Made by a program: the position numbers and the translations under genes
In this document: positions 18,207-26,699 of the stretch, in pieces
Numbering within the stretch: position 1 is the first letter of the stretch
Layout: each line of letters begins with the position of its first letter
From: Patescibacteria group bacterium
GTDB lineage: Bacteria; Patescibacteriota; Minisyncoccia; Minisyncoccales; GWA2-38-27
Reading direction: 5' to 3'
DNA length: 32,086 nt
Assembly: GCA_020148045.1 (NCBI GenBank)
Contig: JAHCRG010000003.1
Location: forward strand, 1-32,086
The notes under the pieces: model-generated
The model's input: only the letters and a program-made list of their open reading frames with translations
Database searches by the model: none
What the model was told of the DNA's origin: nothing

Positions 18207-18656
18207 TTATTCTCCGAGGATTTCTTCTATTTTTTTATCAATCTCTTTTAATTCGACCTTTTTGGGTTCAGTTATTTTTGGAGGAACTTTAGGAGGTTTT
18301 TTTATTTTTGGTAAGGTCTCTTCGGTTGCCAGCCCGAGACTGGTCCGTCTTGGGCGGAGGATTTTTTCAGGAGTTTTTTTGGTTAAAATTACATAGCGGA
18401 GAATTTGGTTTTCAGATTTGAGTTTTTTCTCCAAGCTTCCCAATTTTTCAGGATTTAAAGAGAAATTTAGAGCAACTAAAAAAGCTTCCTCTTTTTTCTT
18501 TATGGGATAGCCCAGTTTTTTCTTAGAGGGCTCAGTTGTTTTTTCTAAAGTGCCAGTTTCTTCCTGAATGAAGTTGCTTATTTTTCCAGAAAAAATCTTT
18601 AATTCCTCTTCAGAAAGATCCGGCGAAATAAGATAGGTTAGTTCGTAGTTTTTCAT
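18207..18656 (-). CDS. rpsF: 30S ribosomal protein S6 with extended C-terminal tail
   Basis: MKNYELTYLISP, KKLGYPIKK, ILRY; rpsF-ssb-rpsR synteny. Confidence 0.95.
   Translation of the reverse strand: MKNYELTYLISPDLSEEELKIFSGKISNFIQEETGTLEKTTEPSKKKLGYPIKKKEEAFLVALNFSLNPEKLGSLEKKLKSENQILRYVILTKKTPEKILRPRRTSLGLATEETLPKIKKPPKVPPKITEPKKVELKEIDKKIEEILGE
18328..18357. repeat. GC-rich palindromic element in the rpsF tail
   Basis: Minus strand CCGCCCAAGACGG-A-CCAGTCTCGGGCTGG (two small hairpins), or alternatively a 9-bp stem at 18332-18355; encodes RPRRTSLGLA. Confidence 0.65.
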
Positions 18657-18658
18657 TT

Positions 18659-19525
18659 TTAAATCTTAAATTCTAAAATATCTCCGTCTTGGACAATATA
18701 TTCTTTCCCCGCTGTTTTTATTTGGCCTAATTCTTTTGCCTTAGTCCAAGAACCTGTTTCAACTAATTTTTGCCAAGGAATTACTTCTGCTCGAATAAAC
18801 CTTTCTTTGAAGTCAGAATGGACCTTGCCCGCAGCTTCAAGGGCATTGGAACCTTTTTTTAGGGTCCAAGCCCGAGTTTCTTTTCCTCCTGTTATTGTGA
18901 AGAAAGTAATAAGGTCAAGGATATTGTAACAAGCAAGAATTAATTGGTCAAGCTTAGATTTAATTTTGAGTTCTTCTGCCTCAGATTCAGAAAGTTCAGA
19001 TGCCTCTTCTTCAAGTTTTAAATCAATGGTTAAGGAATTTGGAATTTCAGGGACACCTGCTCCTTCTTGAATATTAAAAACATAAACTTTTGGCTTTGAA
19101 GCTAAAATATTATCGTCAGTTTCTTGGTCTTTCATTAAGAGTTCATTTTCAATTATTTCAATGTCTCTTTTAGGACTAATTTCTTCTGTGATATCAGAGG
19201 TTTTAAAACCTCTGATTACTTCTACTACCGCATCACATGGTCTTATATATGATAAAAATTGATTCCCCATTCCTTCTCCTTTGTGGGCTCCTTCCACTAA
19301 CCCAGCAATATCTACAAATTCAATAACGGTTTCAATAGTTTTCTCGGGCTTTACTATTTGGGCGATTTTTTTTAATCTTTCGTCAGGGACAGTTACCACG
19401 CCAACATTTGGGTCAATGGTAGTAAAAGGATAAGCTGCAATATCAACTTTCTTTTTAGTTAAAGCTTTAAATAGGGTGGACTTACCAGCGTTAGGAAGAC
19501 CAATAATACCTACTGAAAAACTCAT
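18659..19525 (-). CDS. ychF: Ribosome-associated ATPase YchF, short form
   Basis: GLPNAGKST, YPFTTIDPN, DIAGLVEGAHKGEGMGNQFL, TGS domain AAGKVHSDF...FIRAEV...YIVQDGD. Confidence 0.93.
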   Translation of the reverse strand: MSFSVGIIGLPNAGKSTLFKALTKKKVDIAAYPFTTIDPNVGVVTVPDERLKKIAQIVKPEKTIETVIEFVDIAGLVEGAHKGEGMGNQFLSYIRPCDAVVEVIRGFKTSDITEEISPKRDIEIIENELLMKDQETDDNILASKPKVYVFNIQEGAGVPEIPNSLTIDLKLEEEASELSESEAEELKIKSKLDQLILACYNILDLITFFTITGGKETRAWTLKKGSNALEAAGKVHSDFKERFIRAEVIPWQKLVETGSWTKAKELGQIKTAGKEYIVQDGDILEFKI

Positions 19526-19560
19526 AAATTTATGCTACAATATATTAATATGAAAATCAA
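19513..19560. promoter_or_regulatory. Overlapping divergent promoters for ychF and the phosphomutase operon
   Basis: Plus: CTGAAA (19513), 17 nt, TACAAT (19536-19541) with TG-N. Minus: TTGATT (19560-19555), 17 nt, TAGCAT (19537-19532). Confidence 0.6.
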
Positions 19561-21007
19561 CTCTCAGACTCAACGAAAGAATCGAAACCAAGATTTGGTT
19601 GAGTCATTTTCTGGAATTAGAGGAATATATGGTCAAAGTATTACTGAACAGCTTGCTTATAAATATGCCTGGTCTTATTGCCAATTATTTAGAAACAAGG
19701 TATTGAGTTTAATAATTGGGGGTGATAGTAGGAGTTCAACGCCGATTCTTAAAAAAGCAATGATTAAAGCTTTTAAGGATTGGGGAATAGAAAAAATTAT
19801 AGATGTTGGGGTGGTTCCAATCCAAGTTTGTGAATATGGAATTTTAAAATTTAAAATTTCGGGAGGTGTCTATGTCTCCGCCTCTCATAATGAGCCAGAA
19901 TATAATGGTTGGAAATTTTTAAAAGAAGATGGCGCCTTGTTATATCCGGAGCAAGTTAATCAATTAATAAAGAAAGCTCATGAAATTCCAGACCGCAAGC
20001 CAAAAATAACAAAGTTAAGGAGAAAAGTAATAAATAAACACAAGGAAATTATTGATGAATACATACGTTTTGTTCTCAAGAAAATTGGTCCAACGGCAGT
20101 AGATAAAATAAAAAAATCTAAACTCAAGATTTTAGTTGATCCAAATGGCGGTTCGGGGATTGTAATTTTAAAAGAACTTTTTAAAAAATTGGGTCTTCAG
20201 GTCAAAATTATAAATAATAAATTAAGCCAATTTGTTCGATTGATAGAGCCGAATGTTAGCTCACTTGCTTATTTAAAAAAACAAGTAGATAATGGCAAAT
20301 TTGAATTTGGTTGTGGGTTTGATTGTGATGCAGATAGGATTGAATTTGTAATACCATCTATTTCTAAATTTGCCAAAGAAATGGGACCGGTAGTTTCCGG
20401 ACAGTATGTCTTAGCTTTAGCCTGCGATGCTTATCTTGAAGGCATTAAGAACCAAGTAGTAGTAACCAATGACTGTACTTCTTATTTAGTTAGAGATATT
20501 ATAAAAAAATATGGGGCAAAAATAAAAGAAGTAGAAGTTGGAGAAATGGTTGTGGTTGAGGAAATGGAAAGGCAAAAAAGCATTATCGGAGGTGAGGGTT
20601 CTTGTGGCGGGGTGATTATTCCTCCGATAAAATGTCGGGATGGTATTATGAGCACGGTTCTGATTCTGAAGATGATTGCTGAGAAAGAGAGGTCTTTAAT
20701 TGATATTTTGGAGAATTATCCTAAATATTATTCAGAACGGACAGTAATAAGTTGCTCACCGGTAAAAGTTATTAAGATTAAGAATAAATTAGAGAAATAC
20801 TTTAAAAGTAAAGGTTACAAGGTTAAAAAAACAGGTGGTACTACTGGCGGGTTTAAAGCATTAATTGACAAAAATTCTTATATTTGGTTTCGTCAGTCAA
20901 AAACCGAACCAGGAACTTTCAGAATAATTACTGATGGAGACGATTATAGAAAAGTTAAAAAATTGCTCAAAGAAGGAATAAAATTATTTAATAAATTTAA
21001 AAAATAG
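19550..21007 (+). CDS. alpha-D-phosphohexomutase family (phosphomanno/phosphoglucosamine mutase-like)
   Basis: SGIRG, catalytic SASHN, metal loop FDCDADR, GGEG, RDG, R.S.TEP; ATG19550 preferred because ATG19532 overlaps the predicted -10. Confidence 0.88.
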   Translation: MKINSQTQRKNRNQDLVESFSGIRGIYGQSITEQLAYKYAWSYCQLFRNKVLSLIIGGDSRSSTPILKKAMIKAFKDWGIEKIIDVGVVPIQVCEYGILKFKISGGVYVSASHNEPEYNGWKFLKEDGALLYPEQVNQLIKKAHEIPDRKPKITKLRRKVINKHKEIIDEYIRFVLKKIGPTAVDKIKKSKLKILVDPNGGSGIVILKELFKKLGLQVKIINNKLSQFVRLIEPNVSSLAYLKKQVDNGKFEFGCGFDCDADRIEFVIPSISKFAKEMGPVVSGQYVLALACDAYLEGIKNQVVVTNDCTSYLVRDIIKKYGAKIKEVEVGEMVVVEEMERQKSIIGGEGSCGGVIIPPIKCRDGIMSTVLILKMIAEKERSLIDILENYPKYYSERTVISCSPVKVIKIKNKLEKYFKSKGYKVKKTGGTTGGFKALIDKNSYIWFRQSKTEPGTFRIITDGDDYRKVKKLLKEGIKLFNKFKK

Positions 21008-21017
21008 TAAAAATTTT

Positions 21018-22445
21018 ATGGAAATTTTCCGCGCTTACGATATCCGGGGAGAGTATCCAAAGGATATCAATGATGAAATTGTTTATAAAATTGGTCGTTG
21101 CCTCATTAAACTATTTAATGCTAAAAATCTTGTTGTTGGTAGAGATATTAGTTTAAATTCACCAAAGATTCATAAAGCTTTGATTAAAGGTGTTGCTGAT
21201 AGTGGAGCAGATATTCTTGATATTGGATTAGCAGGAACAGATGTAGTTTATTTTGCCGGCGGTTTTTATAAGTTTGATTCTGGGGTAGAGATAACTGCTT
21301 CCCACTCTGCTGGATATTTAAGTGGAATGAAAATTATTGGGCCGGTAGCTAAACCTTTTGGAAAAGGACTTGGTATGGAAGATTTAAAAGAATTATATGA
21401 GAATTATAAGGCAGAAACAGCAGCCAAAAAGAAAGGGAAGATAAAAAAGATGGATGTTTGGGATGATTTTATCCGGGAGTCCTTAAAATTTGTTGATGTT
21501 AAGAAGATAAAACCTCTTAAAGTAGTTGTTGATGCCTCTAATTCCGTTGGAGCAATTGAAATTGATAAGGTTGAAAAATTTTTACCAGTAGAATTTATTA
21601 AAATAAATTGGGAATTGGACGGTAATTATCCCGGGCACGAACCTAATCCTTTTTTACCAGAAAACAGGAAGCAAGCAAGGGATAAGGTTAAAGAGGTAGG
21701 GGCGGATATGGGTTTAATTTTTGATGGCGATGGAGACAGGATTTATTTTATTGATGAAAATGGCGACTATCTTTACGGAGTTTATATCGGTGGTTTGATT
21801 GCCAAAAAGATGCTAGAGAGCAATCCCGGCAGAGTGATTTTGCATGATGTTAGAGCGGTAAACTATTTAAAAAAGATGGTTGAAGAAGGTAAGGGAATTC
21901 CCAAGATTGAGCTGGTTGGGCACGCTTTTTTTAAAAACAGAATGAAGGGGGAAAATGGGCTTTTTGGGGCTGAATCTTCTGGTCATATTTATTATAATTT
22001 TGGTGAATTTATGGTTGAGAATAGTTTAATTGCCGTTTTACAAATAATGGAAATAGTTTCCGAGACCGGGAAAAGCTTGGGAGAGTTAACTAGAAAGCCG
22101 AGAAAACTATATCCAGTAAGCGGTGAATACAACTTCTCTTTACCAGGTTTTGAAGCCACTGATGATTTAACACCCAAAGCTCTTGAAGTAATGAATGAGA
22201 TTTTGAAGAAAGTAGAAGAAAAATATAAAAATGGCAAAATCTCTCATTTCGATACTTTGACTATTAACTTTCCTGATTGGAGTTTTAATCTACGACCCTC
22301 AGCAAATGATCCGTTACTTAGATTTAATATGGAGGCAAGCAGTGCTGAAAAAGTTAAAGAGAAAACAAAGGAGATTTCTGATTTGCTAATAGCCCTGGGT
22401 TGTAAAATGGTTAATGAATCTGGAGTAACCCAAATTGAAGATTAA
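21018..22445 (+). CDS. Phosphomannomutase/phosphoglucomutase (AlgC/ManB-like)
   Basis: IFRAYDIRG, TASH, FDGDGDR, ESSGH, NLRPS.NDPLLR.N.E. Confidence 0.9.
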   Translation: MEIFRAYDIRGEYPKDINDEIVYKIGRCLIKLFNAKNLVVGRDISLNSPKIHKALIKGVADSGADILDIGLAGTDVVYFAGGFYKFDSGVEITASHSAGYLSGMKIIGPVAKPFGKGLGMEDLKELYENYKAETAAKKKGKIKKMDVWDDFIRESLKFVDVKKIKPLKVVVDASNSVGAIEIDKVEKFLPVEFIKINWELDGNYPGHEPNPFLPENRKQARDKVKEVGADMGLIFDGDGDRIYFIDENGDYLYGVYIGGLIAKKMLESNPGRVILHDVRAVNYLKKMVEEGKGIPKIELVGHAFFKNRMKGENGLFGAESSGHIYYNFGEFMVENSLIAVLQIMEIVSETGKSLGELTRKPRKLYPVSGEYNFSLPGFEATDDLTPKALEVMNEILKKVEEKYKNGKISHFDTLTINFPDWSFNLRPSANDPLLRFNMEASSAEKVKEKTKEISDLLIALGCKMVNESGVTQIED

Positions 22446-22463
22446 TCCATTAATAAAAAATCA

Positions 22464-23258
22464 ATGACAAAAGAACTAAAATTTGCTATCAAGCTAGCTA
22501 AGGACGCGGGCAAGATTGTAATAGGTGGACTTGATAAAGTTGTAGTAAAAAAAAGCAAAGCTGACAAGCGGGATATTTATACAAATATAGATCGGGAAGC
22601 AGAGAGGATGATAATAAATAGAATCAAAAAGAAATATCCCCATCATAAGATTTATGGGGAGGAGTATGGGAAGATCGATGCAGAAAGTGATTATGTCTGG
22701 ATAATTGACCCAATTGATGGCACAAAATATTATGTAGCAGGTATTAAGCTTTTTGATGTCTCAATTGCCTTGTGGAAGGGCGATACGCCAATTGTCGGAG
22801 TGGTCTATTTACCGGCATTGAATGATATCTATTTCGCAGAAAAAGGAAAAGGCGCTTTTCATAATCAAAAAAGACTAAGAGTTTCGAATGTCAACAGGTT
22901 GAATGAATCAATAATTTATTTGGATATAACTGGTAGCAATAAATTAAAAGCAGAGGAACAAAAAATCACTATGAGAAGATTAGAGTTGATTTTTAAAAAT
23001 GTTTATCGTTTTCGTGCTTTTGGATTAGGAGCTGTTGCTTGTTGTTATACTGCCCAGGGAGGTTATGACGGGTATTTTGATTTAACCGGTAAAGAAAAAA
23101 TTTTAGATATAGCAGCAGGTATAGCTATTGCCAAAGAGGCCGGGGCTAAAGTTACTGGACTGGACGGAAAGTATCACGGCCAAGATACATCTAACATTGT
23201 AATAACAAACGGAAAAATTCACAATAAATTTCTGAAATTATTAAATAGTGTTAAATAA
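22464..23258 (+). CDS. Inositol monophosphatase family protein (SuhB-like)
   Basis: GEE, WIIDPIDGTK, D.AAG..I.KEAG. Confidence 0.9.
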   Translation: MTKELKFAIKLAKDAGKIVIGGLDKVVVKKSKADKRDIYTNIDREAERMIINRIKKKYPHHKIYGEEYGKIDAESDYVWIIDPIDGTKYYVAGIKLFDVSIALWKGDTPIVGVVYLPALNDIYFAEKGKGAFHNQKRLRVSNVNRLNESIIYLDITGSNKLKAEEQKITMRRLELIFKNVYRFRAFGLGAVACCYTAQGGYDGYFDLTGKEKILDIAAGIAIAKEAGAKVTGLDGKYHGQDTSNIVITNGKIHNKFLKLLNSVK

Positions 23259-23290
23259 ACCCTATCACCTTATGCTTAAGGTGATAGGGT
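23259..23290. repeat. Perfect 14-bp-stem intergenic palindrome (REP-like or terminator)
   Basis: ACCCTATCACCTTA-TGCT-TAAGGTGATAGGGT starting right after the stop codon; no T tail on the plus strand. Confidence 0.85.
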
Positions 23291-23307
23291 AAATCTATAT
23301 CTTTTTA

Positions 23308-23335
23308 TTAAAAGAAAAAAGAGCTATTAGCTCTT
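23308..23335 (-). terminator. Probable trpS terminator
   Basis: AAGAGCT-att-AGCTCTT stem at 23319-23335 followed on the minus strand by a T-rich run. Confidence 0.5.
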
Positions 23336-23359
23336 ATTGAAAAAGAAAAATAATTATAA

Positions 23360-24337
23360 TTAGGCAAGACCCATTTTGGTGCGGGTTTCTTGGATGGTGC
23401 TTTCGGCGATAGCGCTGGCTCTTTTGACCCCTACCTTAAGAGTTTCTTGAACATAAACTTCTCGTCTGAGAAGTTCTTTTCTTTTCCGGCGGAAAGGTTC
23501 CAAGGAGTTAATCAAAAGTTCAGCTAAAGATTTTTTAAAGTAAGCATAACCTTTGCCTTTGAAAGTTTTTTCTATTTCTTTTATTGGTTTTTCGCTAAAC
23601 AAACCATAAATTGTTAAAAGATTTGAAATTCCTGGTTTTCTTTGAAGATTATACTTTATTTGCTTTCCAGTGTCAGTTACAGCTGACATTATTTTTTTCT
23701 TAATTTCTTCTGGCTCTTCAAACAGAGAAATATAGCTTTGGGGTCCCAATGATTTTGACATTTTTTGCTTGGGATTATTTAAAGCCATAATTTTTGCTCC
23801 AAGTTTTGGGAGTAGGGCTTTGGGTTCAACAAAGGTTTTGCCAAATTTCTGGTTAAATTTTCTGGCAATTGTTCTTGCTAATTCAATATGTTGGACCTGG
23901 TCTTTTCCCACTGGCACTGCTTCTGTCTTATAAAGTAAAATGTCAGCTGCCTGCAAAATTGGATAGACCAAGAGGCCAGCATTAATATTCTTTTTAAATT
24001 GTTTGGCCTTTTCTTTGTATTGGGTCATTCTTTCTAAATCTCCAATCGGACAAACAGTATTTAAGAGCCAGCAGAGCTCAGTATGTTCTTTGACATCTGA
24101 TTGGATAAAGAAAATACTTTTTTGAGGGTCAATGCCAGCTGCCAGATAAACGATAGCAGTTTCTAAAATGTTTTTTTGAAGCTCTTTGGGTTTATAGGGA
24201 ATAGTTAAAGAGTGTAAGTCAGCAATAAAAAAGATACACTCATTTTTTTCTTGGAGTTTAATCCATTGTTTGATAGCTCCCAGATAATTTCCTATATGTA
24301 TTGAGCCGGTTGGCTGAATACCGCTTAAAGCTCGCAT
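23360..24337 (-). CDS. trpS: Tryptophan--tRNA ligase
   Basis: SGIQPTG.IHIGNYLGA, YP.LQAADIL, VPVGKDQ.QHIE, KMSKS. Confidence 0.98.
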   Translation of the reverse strand: MRALSGIQPTGSIHIGNYLGAIKQWIKLQEKNECIFFIADLHSLTIPYKPKELQKNILETAIVYLAAGIDPQKSIFFIQSDVKEHTELCWLLNTVCPIGDLERMTQYKEKAKQFKKNINAGLLVYPILQAADILLYKTEAVPVGKDQVQHIELARTIARKFNQKFGKTFVEPKALLPKLGAKIMALNNPKQKMSKSLGPQSYISLFEEPEEIKKKIMSAVTDTGKQIKYNLQRKPGISNLLTIYGLFSEKPIKEIEKTFKGKGYAYFKKSLAELLINSLEPFRRKRKELLRREVYVQETLKVGVKRASAIAESTIQETRTKMGLA

Positions 24338-24340
24338 AAA

Positions 24341-26020
24341 TTAAACTTCGATTATTACTGGTAATATTATTGGTCTTCTTTTGGTTTTTGAAAAGAGAAA
24401 TTGGCCAATCTTATTTCTGATTTCGTCTTTAACGTAGACCCAGTTAACAGCTCCGCCGCTTCCAGCTGCTTTATCCACAATATTAATTACTTTTTTCCGG
24501 GTTTGAGCAAGCAATTCCTTTGATTCTCTTAAATAAACGAACCCTCTTGATATTATATCAGGAGAACCCCTTACTTGACCAGTAGTCCTATCCACAATTG
24601 CCACAATAACAAACATCCCATCTTCTGCCAGCATTTGGCGATCTCTTAGAACAACCTCGCCAACATCTCCAATACCCAAACCATCAACCATAACATAATT
24701 TGAGGGGACAGTTTTTTTATCTATAGAGATTCTCTCTTTGTCTAAATTAATTATTTGGCCATTTTCAGCTACTAGGATGTTTTTTCTGGGTATTCCTTCT
24801 TCTTCGGCTAACTCAGCATGCCTAACTAACATTGAATAGCGGCCATAAATAGGGAGAAAGAATTTCGGTTTCATAATTCTGACCATTTCTTTTAATTCTT
24901 CCTGTTTAGCATGACCTGAGGCATGGATATCCATCATTTTATAGTGAAAAACTTTAGCTCCTTGACGGTGAAATGCATCTTTTAAAATCTGAACTGTTCT
25001 TTCATTTCCAGGAACTACAGATGAAGAGAAAACTACTTCGTCTCCCTTTTTTAAGTGGATAAATTTATGTTCCCGATTGGCGATTCTCATAAAAACCGCA
25101 CCCTCTTCTCCCTGAGCGCCGGTACAAATAATAGTTATTTTTGAATCAGGGAATTTGTTAATGTCTTTTGTTTTTATAAAAGTTCCTTTTTTGGCTTTGA
25201 TTATTTTTAAAGTCTGAGCAATCTCAATATTACTTTTCATGCTATATCCTTCAATGGCTACCTTCCTGCCGTATTTTTCTGAGAGAGTAATTAATTGCTG
25301 AACCCTGTTAATAAGAGAAGCAAAGGAGGCAGCAATAATTCTCCCTTGGGCTTTTTGGAAAATTTTATCTAAATTTTCAAAAATTGTTTTCTCAGAACGG
25401 GAATGACTTTCTTCCTCTTCGGCTCCAGTAGATTCAGACATTAAAAGCAGAATGCCTCTTCGGCCAATCTTTTTTAATTTCTTAAAATCGGTTGGAGGTT
25501 CATTAACCGGCGATTCGTCAAATTTAAAATCAGAGGTATGGATAATATTCCCAACAGGGGTATTAATAAACAATCCAAAATTATCTGGAATGTTATGATT
25601 GAGTCGGAAAAATTCAGTTCGAAACGGCCCTAAGTTAATCTTAGCTCCATCTTTTATTTCCTTTATATTAAGTTTAGGTTGGTTAGGAAAATCTTCCTGT
25701 CTTTTTAAAACCATTCCTTTGGTTAGAGAACCGCCATACATTGGGATCGGACCAAGCCTTGGGATGATATAGGGGATAGCTCCAATATGATCATAATGGC
25801 CGTGAGTAAGAAAAACTCCTAAAATATTTTTTTCTTTGCTTTTAAGATAAGAGATATTGGGAATAATACAATCAATTCCTGGCATGTTTTCTCCTGGAAA
25901 ACCAAGGCCCATATCAATAATCAAAATTCCCCCTTTATATTCAAATAGAATCATATTCAATCCAACTTCCCCCAAACCTCCGAGGGGAATTATTCTGAGA
26001 TTTGATTGAGTTTTTTTCAT
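24341..26020 (-). CDS. rnj: Ribonuclease J (beta-CASP metallo-beta-lactamase)
   Basis: IIPLGGLGEVG.N, THGHYDHIGA, TGAQGE, HASGH; ATG at 26020 (the track's 26047 start lies inside the tRNA). Confidence 0.95.
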   Translation of the reverse strand: MKKTQSNLRIIPLGGLGEVGLNMILFEYKGGILIIDMGLGFPGENMPGIDCIIPNISYLKSKEKNILGVFLTHGHYDHIGAIPYIIPRLGPIPMYGGSLTKGMVLKRQEDFPNQPKLNIKEIKDGAKINLGPFRTEFFRLNHNIPDNFGLFINTPVGNIIHTSDFKFDESPVNEPPTDFKKLKKIGRRGILLLMSESTGAEEEESHSRSEKTIFENLDKIFQKAQGRIIAASFASLINRVQQLITLSEKYGRKVAIEGYSMKSNIEIAQTLKIIKAKKGTFIKTKDINKFPDSKITIICTGAQGEEGAVFMRIANREHKFIHLKKGDEVVFSSSVVPGNERTVQILKDAFHRQGAKVFHYKMMDIHASGHAKQEELKEMVRIMKPKFFLPIYGRYSMLVRHAELAEEEGIPRKNILVAENGQIINLDKERISIDKKTVPSNYVMVDGLGIGDVGEVVLRDRQMLAEDGMFVIVAIVDRTTGQVRGSPDIISRGFVYLRESKELLAQTRKKVINIVDKAAGSGGAVNWVYVKDEIRNKIGQFLFSKTKRRPIILPVIIEV

Positions 26021-26105
26021 GGTGCCGAGGGTGGGATTTGAACCCACAAACCATAAAGGTATACGGCTCTGAACCGTATGTGTTTGCCAATTTCACCACC
26101 TCGGC
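26020..26105 (-). tRNA. tRNA-Leu (CAG) with encoded CCA
   Basis: GCCGAGG/CCTCGGC acceptor stem, TACGG-TTCAGAG-CCGTA anticodon arm, long variable arm, GTGGG-TTCAAAT-CCCAC T arm, ACCA end; 86 nt. Confidence 0.96.
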
Positions 26106-26699
26106 TTAACCTTTTAAAAAGTCCAAGTTTTTCGGGATTGATTTTCTGGGTTTTTCAAAACGGAGCTTAGGAACTTTTTTATAATTTTTATTTTTAATCC
26201 AACCCTTTTTAGTATAGAAATAGCACGCTCCTTTCATTGCTCCCAGTTCCTCATAAATATTTTCATTTTTTTCAGAAACCCAATTTGCTGTTTTTAGAGT
26301 TTTTTGAGAGGGGTTTATCATTACAACGGCATATTCAGCAGATATATTTATGGAATCTCCCGGCTTGGCTTTCACTGCTATAACATCCTCAACAATTTCA
26401 ATAGCTTTGCCTTTAGTTTTTTGCATTAAAAAGATTGCTTCCCCTTCTAAAACTATATAGAGTTCTGGAAAGTTTTTTGAGTTCCGATTACCTTTAGTTC
26501 GGACAAATTCTTCTCCTAACATTTGGGGGGGGACAACGGTGATATCATATCTTAATTCTCCTTTCTTTTTTAATCCTCTATACATATAATAAAGTTCAAG
26601 ATTAGGAGCTGTTTTAAGCCACTCTTTGTCATAGATAACATCCTTCATATCATGGAGATAACGGATGTCTGGTGTTTTATCTTTTAAATCCACTTCCAT
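26106..26699 (-). CDS. Cupin-type (archaeal-like) glucose-6-phosphate isomerase family protein
   Basis: LYYMYR...[19 protein letters not shown]...PELY.VLEGEA.FLMQ...GACY; ATG26699 chosen, overlapping the upstream gene end by 16 nt. Confidence 0.75.
   Translation of the reverse strand: MEVDLKDKTPDIRYLHDMKDVIYDKEWLKTAPNLELYYMYRGLKKKGELRYDITVVPPQMLGEEFVRTKGNRNSKNFPELYIVLEGEAIFLMQKTKGKAIEIVEDVIAVKAKPGDSINISAEYAVVMINPSQKTLKTANWVSEKNENIYEELGAMKGACYFYTKKGWIKNKNYKKVPKLRFEKPRKSIPKNLDFLKG

Noticed and set aside
26021-26047. RNase J start at 26047 (MGSNPTLGT)
   Set aside because: This is the translated tRNA T arm; conserved RNase J sequence begins just after ATG26020
26020-26105. tRNA as an integration site
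   Set aside because: No duplicated tRNA 3' end and no integrase seen in the window
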